Of a DNA stretch of 64,000 nt, positions 53,637 through 63,882 are shown in pieces. The notes below the pieces were generated by a model. That model made no database searches. It was not told the origin of the DNA and worked only from the letters and a program-made list of their open reading frames with translations. The translations under genes were made by a program, and so were the position numbers. The DNA lies in IMG/VR virus record IMGVR_UViG_3300037455_000250, positions 8,968 to 72,967 of that record; one strand, 5' to 3'. Each line of letters begins with the position of its first letter. Within the stretch, counting starts at the first letter, position 1. This DNA comes from a virus (Duplodnaviria; Caudoviricetes).

Positions 53637-54197
53637 ATGGCTATAAGTGAATTTAACTTGGCTCAACACCAGAGAGCCGCTCGTAAGTTGCTTATCACAG
53701 TAGCAGAATGGGAAGACCCTAATGGTTCCATCACTATTGGTGAAGGTACAAGTTCGTACAAGGTAAATCGTGAAATTCTCGGCCGTAGAACTGAGGACAG
53801 TTCCATCGAGTACAATGCTGATATTGAGACCACAACAGATATTCTCGGTATCAACTATACTGATGTTAATAGAACACAACCTCAGCAGGACTTTGACCCT
53901 TACCTCATTCTCGGTGGTTCAAAGTTGGGTGCGAAGTTGAACGATATTCGTAAGAGAAACGCTCTCACGGAACTCAATGCGTTTACACTTTACATCATTA
54001 CGGCATATATTGGAGATAGTTCCAACGGCTATGAGGCAGAAAAGCAAAGTAATTGCACAATCACCTACAACTCTTTGGGCGGTGACGCAAATGTTAATAT
54101 GCCTATTTCCGCATACTTCTCTAATGAGAGCGTAACAGGCACCGTTAATAAGTTGAGCGACGATTTCACATTCCAAGAAGACACACCTGGAGCGTGA
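53637..54197 (+). CDS. major tail protein
   Basis: EILGRRTED, YNADIETTTDILG, SLGGD; synteny. Confidence 0.85.
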   Translation: MAISEFNLAQHQRAARKLLITVAEWEDPNGSITIGEGTSSYKVNREILGRRTEDSSIEYNADIETTTDILGINYTDVNRTQPQQDFDPYLILGGSKLGAKLNDIRKRNALTELNAFTLYIITAYIGDSSNGYEAEKQSNCTITYNSLGGDANVNMPISAYFSNESVTGTVNKLSDDFTFQEDTPGA

Positions 54198-54215
54198 GAT
54201 TAATTGATTTAAGTG

Positions 54216-54247
54216 TCTCCTGTATGCGATAATATCCATACAGGAGA
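54216..54247 (+). terminator. 11-bp hairpin after the major tail gene (no U-tract)
   Basis: TCTCCTGTATG/CATACAGGAGA. Confidence 0.55.
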
Positions 54248-54272
54248 TTACTAAATCTATATGGAGGTCATT

Positions 54273-54842
54273 ATGATTGACGAAATTAAGAAAGACACAG
54301 AACTTAACAAAGAAAAGACAGAACTTGAACAGGAAAATACTTCTCCTGCAGTTTCTACTCCGATAAATACAGAGTCCGACATTGTTGATGTTGATTTAGG
54401 CTTTGTTGAAAAGAAAAGGTTTAGAATTGCAGGCGATTACAATAGAATGTTGGAACTTAATGTTTCTGACCTCAATGCTCTTGTAAGATTAAAAGCCGGA
54501 TATCCTAAACTTCAAAAGTTGTTTGAGAAAGCCACAACAAATATAAGCAAGTTAGATGATAATATGGATGATTTAGAGGGTCTCGGAATAATCGCAGATA
54601 CACTGGAAAGTATTGACAAGGATATGCGTGATATTATTGACAGTATTTTTGACGCTAATGTATCAGCAGTTGTGGCCCCTTCTGGAAATATGTTTGACCC
54701 TGTTGGCGGACAATATAGATTTCAGCGTGTAATTGACATTGTATCTGGTTTGTACTCGACAGGACTTAACGCAGAATTTGAAAAGATGAAAAATAAGGTA
54801 GAGAAAAAAACAAGCAAGTACACAAAGAAGTACCATAATTAA
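54273..54842 (+). CDS. tail assembly chaperone
   Basis: synteny between major tail and tape measure genes; GGAGG RBS favours start 54273. Confidence 0.7.
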   Translation: MIDEIKKDTELNKEKTELEQENTSPAVSTPINTESDIVDVDLGFVEKKRFRIAGDYNRMLELNVSDLNALVRLKAGYPKLQKLFEKATTNISKLDDNMDDLEGLGIIADTLESIDKDMRDIIDSIFDANVSAVVAPSGNMFDPVGGQYRFQRVIDIVSGLYSTGLNAEFEKMKNKVEKKTSKYTKKYHN

Positions 54843-54844
54843 AA

Positions 54845-55435
54845 ATGTATGAGTTACCAACAACAATAACGATTAATGGAACAATCTATACCATACGATT
54901 AAGAGGTGATTATCGTGTGGTATTAGATTGTTTTGCAGTTCTTAATGATGTTGAATTAACACAACAGGAACGCACTTTAGCGTGTTTACTTATTTTCATT
55001 GAAGATTTTAATGAGATTGAAGATGTATTATCTATTAACGAGGAGAACCTTCGCCTGTTAATAGATAATACATTTTTGTTCTTTAATTGTGGGCAACCAG
55101 ATTGTCCTTCTGCCAAGATGAATTTTAAAACCATTGATTGGGAAAAGGACGCACAATTAATCAGTTCCGCAGTAAATAAGGTAGCAGGAAAAGAAATCAG
55201 AACAGAGCCTTATATGCACTGGTGGACTTTTATGGGATATTTTAACGCAGTCGGAGAAAGTGCGTTATCCACTGTTGTAGGTATAAGAACGAAGATTGCA
55301 AAGAATGAAACCTTAGAGAAGTACGAAAGAAAATTTAGAGCAGATAATCCTCAATACTTTAGTTGGGATATGCGTACTTTACAACAGAAGGAAGAGGACG
55401 AATTACTTAATCAAATCTGGAATAGGGGTGATTGA
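54845..55435 (+). CDS. Gp15-like tail assembly chaperone
   Basis: MYELPT, IRLRGDYR, DWEKDAQLISSA, YMHWWTFMGYF. Confidence 0.85.
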   Translation: MYELPTTITINGTIYTIRLRGDYRVVLDCFAVLNDVELTQQERTLACLLIFIEDFNEIEDVLSINEENLRLLIDNTFLFFNCGQPDCPSAKMNFKTIDWEKDAQLISSAVNKVAGKEIRTEPYMHWWTFMGYFNAVGESALSTVVGIRTKIAKNETLEKYERKFRADNPQYFSWDMRTLQQKEEDELLNQIWNRGD

Positions 55436-55437
55436 TA

Positions 55438-58400
55438 ATGGCAAATGAGAATAGAATGAAATTCGAGGCCGAGTTCAACTTTAATACCAAGACTGCGGCG
55501 CGAAAAGCACAACAACTGTTATACACCCTCAATCAGTTTAAAGATGTTGAAGTTCAAGGAAGTGAAGAGGCTAAAAGACTGCAACGCGGATTAAGCGGTG
55601 TTGCAAAAGAGGCTACAAAAGCGTTTGGAGAACAAGGCATCGGTCGTTTCTCCACTAATGTACGTAATATTGACAGATGGAACACTAAATTAGAAAAGAC
55701 AAGAACAGAAATAGCCGCTACAAAGACAGAATTAGCCCAATTAACTTCTGTTAGTAATAAAACAGAGGCACAACGTAACATAGATTTAGCCGCTGCCGTT
55801 GGTGTGCGTGAACACCTAAAGAAGTTGGAAAATGACCGTTACGAGTTAGCGTTAAAGATTAAGAGAGCAGAGCAGGATAACGCATCCATTAATGCCAAAG
55901 CAGAAAATTATATCAAACAGTATAATGACGCATTTAATCGTGCCATTGATATACGAGCAATCCGTATAGAAAAGATTGCCCAGAATGAGATTAATTTTGC
56001 AACAGAGGCCGCACAACTCCAACGTAGTGCGACCGCAAATGCTCAAAAAACCGCTGACGCAACGGAAAACATTATTAATGCTCAAAAGAGGTCTAACGAA
56101 GAGGCTGCCAAGTTCCAACAACAACAAAGGGCTGCCGCATCCAGCGCGGCCTCAGACGCTACGACAAAGAATATTACAGACACGACAACGGCAGTATCAC
56201 AAGAGGCGAATGAGTTTAAAGCACTCGTTCAGGAAATTGCGTTGTTACGCAATAGCGGACAAGACGCATCCAAACAATTTGCAGAATTGGAGACACGTTT
56301 ACGCTCTTTTGATACCACTACCGCAGATTTTTACCAATTAGATAAATACCTTACAAACATTAAAGAAACTATTGCATATATTAAAAAGGACTTGAATAAT
56401 CCTTCTAATCTTGCAGATGTGGCAAATAGTTTGTTTTCTGCGAGAGTGCCTGCCCAGAGAGCACAGGCCAAATTAAACAAACAGGCTGAAACTACGGGTA
56501 ACACGGCCGCTCAACAAGCGGCACAAAGAGCAGAAATGGAAAAAGAGCGGGTTCTTATGGAGAAAGAACGTGCCGCTCAACAGGCAGCCCAAGAAAAGTG
56601 GGATGCCCAGCAAAAGGCACAAAGAGAAAAAGAACTGGCTCAAATGGAGAAAGACAGAGCCGCTAAACAAGCCGCACAAGAAAAATGGGAAGCCAAGCAA
56701 GCCGCACAACTGGAAAAAGAAAGACTCCAGATGGAAAAAGAACTGGCTGCCCGACAGGCTGCGGAAGACAAATATAATGCTAAACAACAAGCAAAACAAG
56801 AGGCACACGCGGCTGCCCAACAGAAAATATATGACAGAGTTAATGCTCAACAACAGCAGGCAGTGCAGGCAAAGCAAGCCGCTATCATGGCATTAATAGC
56901 GGCAGACACACAATATAAAACAACTATGCAGGCCGTTCTTGACACCACTGACAAAGTTAGTGCGTCAATGCGTATGGAAGGGGCTAATGCGGGAATTGCT
57001 GAACTTATCAGACGATTAACAGAGTTAAAGGCAGCAAAAAAGGCACTTGAAGATTATGGATTACCCAAAGAAATGGATGCTCGTTATGCTATGCTCATCC
57101 AAATGATTGCTCAAACAGAGCACCAAATACAGTCGTATAATAGTGAACTTAAAGCGTCCACAACTGCGGCAGATAATGCTGGTAAAGCAGGACAACAAAG
57201 TGCAAACAACATTAAAAAAGGGTTCAAAGAACTTCCTGCTATTCTTAAAGCAGTAAAGAAAGGGTTTAAGTCATTATCATCACTTGCAAATAAAACACGC
57301 TCTTCCGTTGGCGGAATGGCTAAGTCTATGCAATCAAATTTCAAGCGTATGCTTTCCACGCTTACAAAGTACGTGTTTGGTTTCAGGAGTTTGTTTTTCC
57401 TTGTTCGTAGACTGAGGAGGTATATCGGAGAAGGAATTAAAAATATGGCTCAATTTAACGATGGCAACAACCACGTTAATGAGAGCATTACCAAATTGTT
57501 ATCGTCATTACTGTATCTTAAAAATGCGTGGGCAACGGCATTCTCACCAATATTGCAGTTCGTTACTGTATGGCTTTCTAATCTTATTGATAGTCTTGCA
57601 GAGGCAGGAAATGCTTTTTCAAGATTTTTAGGACGTCTTATGGGTGTTGGCTCTGTATTTCAGGCGGTTAAAGTTGACGCGGCTGACTACGCAAAGAGTT
57701 TGGATAACGCAGCAGGCAGTGCTGGTAGCGCGGCAGATAAGACAAAGAAACTTACAGATAGACTTGCCGCATTTGATGATTTGAATGTGCTGGGTGTTGA
57801 TAACGATAATGACGGCTCAGGCGGAGGCGGTGGAAGTGATATTGAGGATTATGTGCCTGACCCGAACGAAATGTTTACAATTCTTGATGTTGCACAGGAT
57901 GTTAAAGACAAATTAATCGCTATGTGGACTGCGGGAGATTTTACAGACCTCGGTAAAAATATTGCCCAAAGTATAAAAGACGGATTATTGTCACTCAACG
58001 AACAGTGGCCAGAAATACAAGAAACCGCACATAAAATAGGTACAAGTATCGGCACATTCTTAAATGGCTTGTTAAGTGACCCAACTGTGTTTGAAGAGGC
58101 TGGCAAGGCAGTTGCCGGTGGTCTTAACACTGTTGGTCAGGCTATTGCGGGCTTTTTTGAAACATATGAAAAAGGTAGTATTGGTTCTTCAATCGCAACA
58201 TTCTTTAGAGGAATATTTGAAGATTTTGATTGGGGTACTGCCGGTGGTAATGTTGGAGAACTTGTTACCACATTCTTTACAGAAGTATCTGCTTTGTTAA
58301 AAGAATTTCCTACAGAGGATGTTGTCACGGGTATTCAAGAGTTCTTTGAAGGCATTAAATGGGATGAAGTTGTTGCCTCTATTTTTGAGTTTATTGGTTC

Positions 58401-59616
58401 TGCGGCAAGTTTTATTGGTGCAGTTACCAAAGGCTTTGCACATCTTCTTGATAATATTACTTCTGAGGATATTGTTGCCGCATTTGAAGATATTGATTGG
58501 CAAGATGTTGCAGACGGTATCGGTGAATTACTTGGTGCCGCTATTGCATTAACATTTACGAGCGTTACTTTACCAATGAAAATCGGTAAAGCGATAATCA
58601 CTGGAATTGCAAATGCACTGTTAGAAGATATACAGAATACAGGTTCTATGGGTAAACTCCAAGAGGGTATTCAAGAGAACGATTGGGTTAAAATAGGAAC
58701 TGCTATGATTGACGGCTTATTCTACGGCATAGGAGAGGCTCTTATGAACGCAGGCCAATGGGTCGCTGATAATATTATTGCTCCTATTGTTGACGCAGTA
58801 AAAGAGGGTTTTGATATTCACTCTCCTTCTGGTGTATTTGAAGATATTGGTAAGGCCTTAATAGAGGGTCTTATGTCAGGTATTAACTTACTGATAGAGG
58901 ACGCCAAGCAGATTTTCACAGATTTACAAGACTGGCTCACAGAAAAATGGGATGGTATTAAATCTGACGCCTCTGAAAAGTGGGGTTTGATTAAATCAAC
59001 TGTTACTACAAAGGCAACGGAACTTAAAGACAAAGTGACTGAAAAGATAACAGACTTAAAAGATAAATTATCTGAAACTTGGTCAGATATTAAGAGTGAC
59101 GCGTATGAGAAATTTATTATTATGCGTGTGGCTATTGTTGAGTGTTTTAATGTGTTAAAGGATAAATTAAAAGACCCCGTCAATGGTATTATTGATATTA
59201 TTGAGGACTTGGTAAATTTTGCAATTAGAGGTATTAATAAACTCATAGGCGGAGTTAATTCTGGAATAGATTTACTTGGTCCTGCGGCCGCAACATTGAA
59301 TATGCCTACATTCTCAATATCAACTATTCCTGAAATTTCTCTTCCTCGTCTTGCACAAGGTGCCGTCATTCCACCGAACAAGGAATTTATGGCAGTTCTT
59401 GGTGACCAGAAGAACGGTACAAACATTGAGGCTCCGCTTGATACAATTAAACAAGCAGTTGCGGAAGTTGCTGGTAACGAGGAAGTGATACAATTATTAC
59501 AACAACTTATTGCTGTTGTTGAGAACAAGAACTTGTCAATCGGCGATAAAGAAATAGGTAGAGCAAACGCGAGATACACCACTCAGCAGAATAGAATTAG
59601 AGGAGTTAGTTTCTAA
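55438..59616 (+). CDS. tape measure protein
   Basis: about 1390 aa; coiled-coil N-terminal half, LAAFDDLNVL, W-periodic repeats, FDIHSPS, LPRLAQGAVIPP. Confidence 0.92.
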   Translation: MANENRMKFEAEFNFNTKTAARKAQQLLYTLNQFKDVEVQGSEEAKRLQRGLSGVAKEATKAFGEQGIGRFSTNVRNIDRWNTKLEKTRTEIAATKTELAQLTSVSNKTEAQRNIDLAAAVGVREHLKKLENDRYELALKIKRAEQDNASINAKAENYIKQYNDAFNRAIDIRAIRIEKIAQNEINFATEAAQLQRSATANAQKTADATENIINAQKRSNEEAAKFQQQQRAAASSAASDATTKNITDTTTAVSQEANEFKALVQEIALLRNSGQDASKQFAELETRLRSFDTTTADFYQLDKYLTNIKETIAYIKKDLNNPSNLADVANSLFSARVPAQRAQAKLNKQAETTGNTAAQQAAQRAEMEKERVLMEKERAAQQAAQEKWDAQQKAQREKELAQMEKDRAAKQAAQEKWEAKQAAQLEKERLQMEKELAARQAAEDKYNAKQQAKQEAHAAAQQKIYDRVNAQQQQAVQAKQAAIMALIAADTQYKTTMQAVLDTTDKVSASMRMEGANAGIAELIRRLTELKAAKKALEDYGLPKEMDARYAMLIQMIAQTEHQIQSYNSELKASTTAADNAGKAGQQSANNIKKGFKELPAILKAVKKGFKSLSSLANKTRSSVGGMAKSMQSNFKRMLSTLTKYVFGFRSLFFLVRRLRRYIGEGIKNMAQFNDGNNHVNESITKLLSSLLYLKNAWATAFSPILQFVTVWLSNLIDSLAEAGNAFSRFLGRLMGVGSVFQAVKVDAADYAKSLDNAAGSAGSAADKTKKLTDRLAAFDDLNVLGVDNDNDGSGGGGGSDIEDYVPDPNEMFTILDVAQDVKDKLIAMWTAGDFTDLGKNIAQSIKDGLLSLNEQWPEIQETAHKIGTSIGTFLNGLLSDPTVFEEAGKAVAGGLNTVGQAIAGFFETYEKGSIGSSIATFFRGIFEDFDWGTAGGNVGELVTTFFTEVSALLKEFPTEDVVTGIQEFFEGIKWDEVVASIFEFIGSAASFIGAVTKGFAHLLDNITSEDIVAAFEDIDWQDVADGIGELLGAAIALTFTSVTLPMKIGKAIITGIANALLEDIQNTGSMGKLQEGIQENDWVKIGTAMIDGLFYGIGEALMNAGQWVADNIIAPIVDAVKEGFDIHSPSGVFEDIGKALIEGLMSGINLLIEDAKQIFTDLQDWLTEKWDGIKSDASEKWGLIKSTVTTKATELKDKVTEKITDLKDKLSETWSDIKSDAYEKFIIMRVAIVECFNVLKDKLKDPVNGIIDIIEDLVNFAIRGINKLIGGVNSGIDLLGPAAATLNMPTFSISTIPEISLPRLAQGAVIPPNKEFMAVLGDQKNGTNIEAPLDTIKQAVAEVAGNEEVIQLLQQLIAVVENKNLSIGDKEIGRANARYTTQQNRIRGVSF

Positions 59617-61589
59617 TGTATATTCCTGAACACGCAAGCGAGTATAAGACCGCTATAAGAAAAGCAAGCAGACCCTATAATACAGTCTATGGTACTATCA
59701 CATTTCCTGATAGTACCACTATGCTGGTCAATAGTTCTAATATGCCGACAAACTCAATTACCATTAGTAAACAATGCGTTGATAGTAATGAGTTGATGTT
59801 TGGTGGTGTATTTATGAGTACGCTTAAATTATCTATTCTTACCGATATGAGTAGATATGCGTTTTATAATGCCAAAGTCGAACTCACATTCAAGATTAAA
59901 GTTGATGAAGATACTTCTGGAACTTCTTCTATCCCAATCTATTCTGAGGTGCCGCTTGGTGTCTTTACAGTATCAGAGGCAGAAAGACCCACAAATATGG
60001 TAACGCTTACGGCTGACGATAATATGTCTATGCTTGATGTGGATATTGGTGGTGAGATTGTTTCTGGCACGCCTTGGCAAGTATTCTCGTTTGTTTCTGC
60101 ACAAACTGGTATGCAGTTGGCGTTTACTGAAAATGATTTGGCTGATTTCATTAACAATAATTACGCTATTTCTGTATCTGAGGCGGGTGGTATTCATACA
60201 TACAGAGAAGTCGTTAAGGTTGTCTGTCAGATGTTGGGTTGTTTTGCTTACGCAGACAGACAAGGCAAACTCGCATTAAAGATGTTCTCCTCTGTTGCAG
60301 ATGATACGCTTACTACTGGTGATTGGTACTCTTGTGTACCCGCTGATTATCAGTGTAAGTATGTTGCACTTTCAATCACAAGTATGGCTGGTACTTGGTT
60401 AAAGACAGTTCAAGACCCAAATGAGGTCGGTAACATAATGAAAATCGAGGACGCTCCTGCTTGGGACTATGGTAGTGCAGAGGCACAGAATACCAAAGCA
60501 CAAAATCTGTTTGATTTACTTACAAGCATAGATGAATACACCCCTTGTGATTTAAGTATGCCGTCTGACCCGGCATTTGATTGTGGGGATAGATTACATC
60601 TTGTAACAAAGACAGAGCCTGTCGACACACTCATAATGTATATCGAGTGGAAGTTCCATCAAGGAATGGACATTACGAGTGAGGGCATAAACCCTTACAC
60701 AGAAGGTAGTAGTGCATTAACAACCGAGAGTACGAGAATACTTAATCAGGCGGTAGAAAGAAGTAAGTTACAATTTCTTGCTTTTACCAATCCGCAAGTA
60801 AAAGTTCTTACACCAAATAATAATGTTGAGATATGCAAAGCAGAGTTCACGCCTACGGCTGATACAAACGCTCTGTTCGTTGCCACGATATTAGTTGATG
60901 TTTCTATTGATGATGATACGGAAAGCGAAACAGAGATAGTGGAAGTGCCTATAGAGGTCACAGACCAACAAGGGCAACCCGCTATTGTCACAGACTTGCA
61001 AGGCAATCCTCTCACGCTCAAAGGAAATGCTACGAACACATATACATATTATCGTGACGGCAAATGCCCTATCTCTATTTGGTACACATTCAACGGCATT
61101 AAAGTGCCGAGTGATGAAGAACCGTATGTGGCGATAGACAACATTGAAAAGGGAAAACACATTATAACAGTAAGTTATCCTATAACCGGACTTACTGCAT
61201 ATCAAGCCGCAGATTGGCGTGTGTATATGAAGTGCGGTAGTGGTACAGTTACTATTGAGGCGTTTACAACTAAAGCAACAATTCTTGGTCAAGAGATTAT
61301 GGATAGCAACCGTATCAACGGTCCTATTGAAGGCTTTAGTGATACTTACCTTGAAGAACTTGGACACCTCGGAGTTGTTGAACTTACAGATGAGGGTGAA
61401 GTTACAATCAATGAGGCAATATTGTATAATATTAGTGATGATTTTGATTTGTTAGATATAGGCGCTTTAGAGCCTATTACTTTGATAGATACACCACAAA
61501 TCTTTATGGAGAGTTTGAAGTTAAAGAGACTTACTGAAAGCGGTAAGAGAAGAATTACCGAAGATGGTAAACACAGAGTATCAGAATAA
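59616..61589 (+). CDS. baseplate hub/tail tip protein
   Basis: LMFGGV...LKLSI, PLGVFTV, LTADDNM, PAFDCGDR; follows the tape measure gene. Confidence 0.75.
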   Translation: MYIPEHASEYKTAIRKASRPYNTVYGTITFPDSTTMLVNSSNMPTNSITISKQCVDSNELMFGGVFMSTLKLSILTDMSRYAFYNAKVELTFKIKVDEDTSGTSSIPIYSEVPLGVFTVSEAERPTNMVTLTADDNMSMLDVDIGGEIVSGTPWQVFSFVSAQTGMQLAFTENDLADFINNNYAISVSEAGGIHTYREVVKVVCQMLGCFAYADRQGKLALKMFSSVADDTLTTGDWYSCVPADYQCKYVALSITSMAGTWLKTVQDPNEVGNIMKIEDAPAWDYGSAEAQNTKAQNLFDLLTSIDEYTPCDLSMPSDPAFDCGDRLHLVTKTEPVDTLIMYIEWKFHQGMDITSEGINPYTEGSSALTTESTRILNQAVERSKLQFLAFTNPQVKVLTPNNNVEICKAEFTPTADTNALFVATILVDVSIDDDTESETEIVEVPIEVTDQQGQPAIVTDLQGNPLTLKGNATNTYTYYRDGKCPISIWYTFNGIKVPSDEEPYVAIDNIEKGKHIITVSYPITGLTAYQAADWRVYMKCGSGTVTIEAFTTKATILGQEIMDSNRINGPIEGFSDTYLEELGHLGVVELTDEGEVTINEAILYNISDDFDLLDIGALEPITLIDTPQIFMESLKLKRLTESGKRRITEDGKHRVSE

Positions 61590-61601
61590 GGAGAGTAAGT
61601 T

Positions 61602-62510
61602 ATGGCAGATGAACTTGATGAATATAGAATATCAGAGTTAGATACCGCACCATCACTCGGTGCCAATGACTTAATGGAAGTAGCGGTTGTTGATGGTGAC
61701 GCAGAAAGTGGCTATCACTCATATAAATCTCCGTTATCCTTGTTGGGTGATTTCTTTAACACTATTCTGCAATATGTCACCTCACTAAAGACAGGCAATA
61801 AGACGATTACTGGTGCTATAAATCAGACCATTTCAAACTTTGCCAATGATTATGACGCAACTGCTACTTATGATGTTGGTGATTGTGTTCTCTATGCTGG
61901 TGTTCTTTATAAGTGTACTACGGCAATAACAACGGCAGAGGCTTGGGACGCTACACACTGGACTGCGGTTAAAGCAGTAGATATGGGTGGTGGCGGAGCA
62001 TTATCTGAATTGACAGATGTTGCAATTACAACACCGTCAAACGGACAAATCTTGCAATATGATAGTCAGACAGATACTTGGAAGAACGAAACCCTTACTG
62101 TGGTTGCAAGTTTTTCAGAATTAAGTGATGTTAGTTTAAGTACACTCTATAACAATGATGTGCCTGTATATAACTCAACGACACAGAAATGGGAAAACAG
62201 AACGGGTTATATCCCTTTCAAGGATATAAGCGGAACACTTTCAGCAGGAGAAACATCTATCACACTGTCAAGCGGCTACATCACAACCGCAAGTGTGGTA
62301 GACATATATGTTGATGATGGAACTAACACAGACCCAGGTATTCAACCCACTTCAAAGACAGTCGCTACGGGTTCGATTACACTTACTTTTTTGCCTCAAT
62401 CGGTTAATATAACAGTAATGGCGAGAATATCTTGTGAAGTGATAAGCGTTGGCGGATTGCAATCGGCAGACTATACACCAACAACAAGTGAATATACGAC
62501 AGGAGGCTAA
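61602..62510 (+). CDS. tail fibre / receptor-binding protein with CBM5/12-like module
   Basis: RISEL.TA N-terminus; YDATATYDVGDCVLYAGVLYKC...WDATHW; two LSEL(T/S)DV...WKN/WEN repeats. Confidence 0.75.
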   Translation: MADELDEYRISELDTAPSLGANDLMEVAVVDGDAESGYHSYKSPLSLLGDFFNTILQYVTSLKTGNKTITGAINQTISNFANDYDATATYDVGDCVLYAGVLYKCTTAITTAEAWDATHWTAVKAVDMGGGGALSELTDVAITTPSNGQILQYDSQTDTWKNETLTVVASFSELSDVSLSTLYNNDVPVYNSTTQKWENRTGYIPFKDISGTLSAGETSITLSSGYITTASVVDIYVDDGTNTDPGIQPTSKTVATGSITLTFLPQSVNITVMARISCEVISVGGLQSADYTPTTSEYTTGG

Positions 62511-62516
62511 TAAACA

Positions 62517-63125
62517 ATGGCAAAAGTTGATTTCGTGAGCAAACAGTATAACGAGTTCGGCGGATATTTTAGTGGTTTGGGTAGTTCACTTATTACTGTA
62601 AGTGGAAATACAGTTACGGTTGGTGGAAAGTTGGTTTTTTCTACGGCACAGTGGAATATCACCGCCTCTTGGAATGGAACACAGTTGTTTTCTATTGCCG
62701 TAAACTATCCTCACTCTTTAGAGGTATATTCTTCCGATACTTTGTTTTATCTTCAAGGTGTTGACCCACAGGGTAGACGTTATCTGCTTATGTATGAGAA
62801 GATTGGAGATACCGTTCTTTACGGACAGTTAAATGGTGGTGCAGGAACGGGTATTTCAAGATATGCTATGACTTCTGTTACATTAACTGACGCCTCAAAT
62901 AGTGGTAAAACCTATGTTCACGGCACAGTATTTAATTACGCAACCGATGTAGGCAAGATTGACTATGCTAAATCTTCTGCATTGTTCAATAACTCAATTA
63001 AGAAACTCACAGACACTAACTTTATGGCTTGCTCTACCGTAACGCAAGGTTCAGTTGTTACGATAGCGGGTGAAAACTACTATGCGGTAACAACAAAGGA
63101 ATTGTTGCCGATAGACAGTAATTAA
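62517..63125 (+). CDS. putative tail-associated beta-rich protein
   Basis: AGGAGG RBS; G/S/T-rich; synteny. Confidence 0.6.
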   Translation: MAKVDFVSKQYNEFGGYFSGLGSSLITVSGNTVTVGGKLVFSTAQWNITASWNGTQLFSIAVNYPHSLEVYSSDTLFYLQGVDPQGRRYLLMYEKIGDTVLYGQLNGGAGTGISRYAMTSVTLTDASNSGKTYVHGTVFNYATDVGKIDYAKSSALFNNSIKKLTDTNFMACSTVTQGSVVTIAGENYYAVTTKELLPIDSN

Positions 63126-63129
63126 GGCG

Positions 63130-63870
63130 GTGACTAATATGGCATATTTCCACACTAATGTATTAGACCCACAAATAAAAGCCTTGCCGACTATTGGCAC
63201 GGCACAAGGTTCAGTGGCAAGTTTTGAAACTGATATGACCGAAGATTTAATTGAGGTTGTTTGCGATATTCAGTATAGTCAGGCAAGCGGTATACCAACA
63301 CCCACTAATCCTATACCGATTACTGTTTATAGTTCACTTAATCTTTCACATAGTGGTGCTGATACATCAAACCCGACAATTACAAACATTCCATTTGGTC
63401 AGACAGTAGCAATTGGAACACTTGATGTTTTGAGCGGTGTTTTAACAATCGAAAAGGGTGCAAGTATGTTTGATGGTTCGTCTGATGAAGTGTGGAGTGC
63501 ATATTCAGCGGGAAATGGATATTATATAAATGTTCCTGAAATGAAATCAGGTAATAATTTACCTTCAATTTCTAATTCATTTCCGCAATATTCAGGTGTA
63601 AATGCTATTGGTTTAAGGTTTGGTTTTAATAATACCTATGCATATTTTTATCAGGCAAATACCATTGATAATATTACTGATTTAGCAAGTTGGAAAACTT
63701 GGTTAAATAATAACCCTATTACTATTGTATATGACCTTGAAACAACAACGAAAGAACAGTTAAACAGTAATCAGATAACGGCACTATTAAACGAAAACAA
63801 TATTTGGCACGATTGCAACGGAGATACAGAAGTTAAATATATCCTGTCAGTGGGCAAATTGATAAGTTAA
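63130..63870 (+). CDS. putative tail-associated protein
   Basis: GTLDVLSGVLT, FDGSSDEVW, WKTWLNNNPITIVYDL; start could be 63139. Confidence 0.65.
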   Translation: MTNMAYFHTNVLDPQIKALPTIGTAQGSVASFETDMTEDLIEVVCDIQYSQASGIPTPTNPIPITVYSSLNLSHSGADTSNPTITNIPFGQTVAIGTLDVLSGVLTIEKGASMFDGSSDEVWSAYSAGNGYYINVPEMKSGNNLPSISNSFPQYSGVNAIGLRFGFNNTYAYFYQANTIDNITDLASWKTWLNNNPITIVYDLETTTKEQLNSNQITALLNENNIWHDCNGDTEVKYILSVGKLIS

Positions 63871-63882
63871 GGTGGTGAATGT

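Noticed and set aside
54795-54847. Programmed -1 frameshift joining the two tail chaperones (A-run GAGAAAAAAAC)
   Set aside because: The downstream ORF frame has a TAA at 54836-54838, just before ATG 54845, so a shift at the A-run would terminate
55900-57300. Apparent local excess of GCWGC/GCATC sites relative to the rest of the window
   Set aside because: This is an impression only; it is confounded by Ala/Gln-rich coding and needs codon-corrected k-mer counts that I cannot run
1017-61666. Numerous antisense or nested ORFs in the track (e.g. 50473-51108, 58818-59582, 39318-39833)
   Set aside because: They are shadows of well-supported genes on the other strand or frame and lack RBSs and motifs
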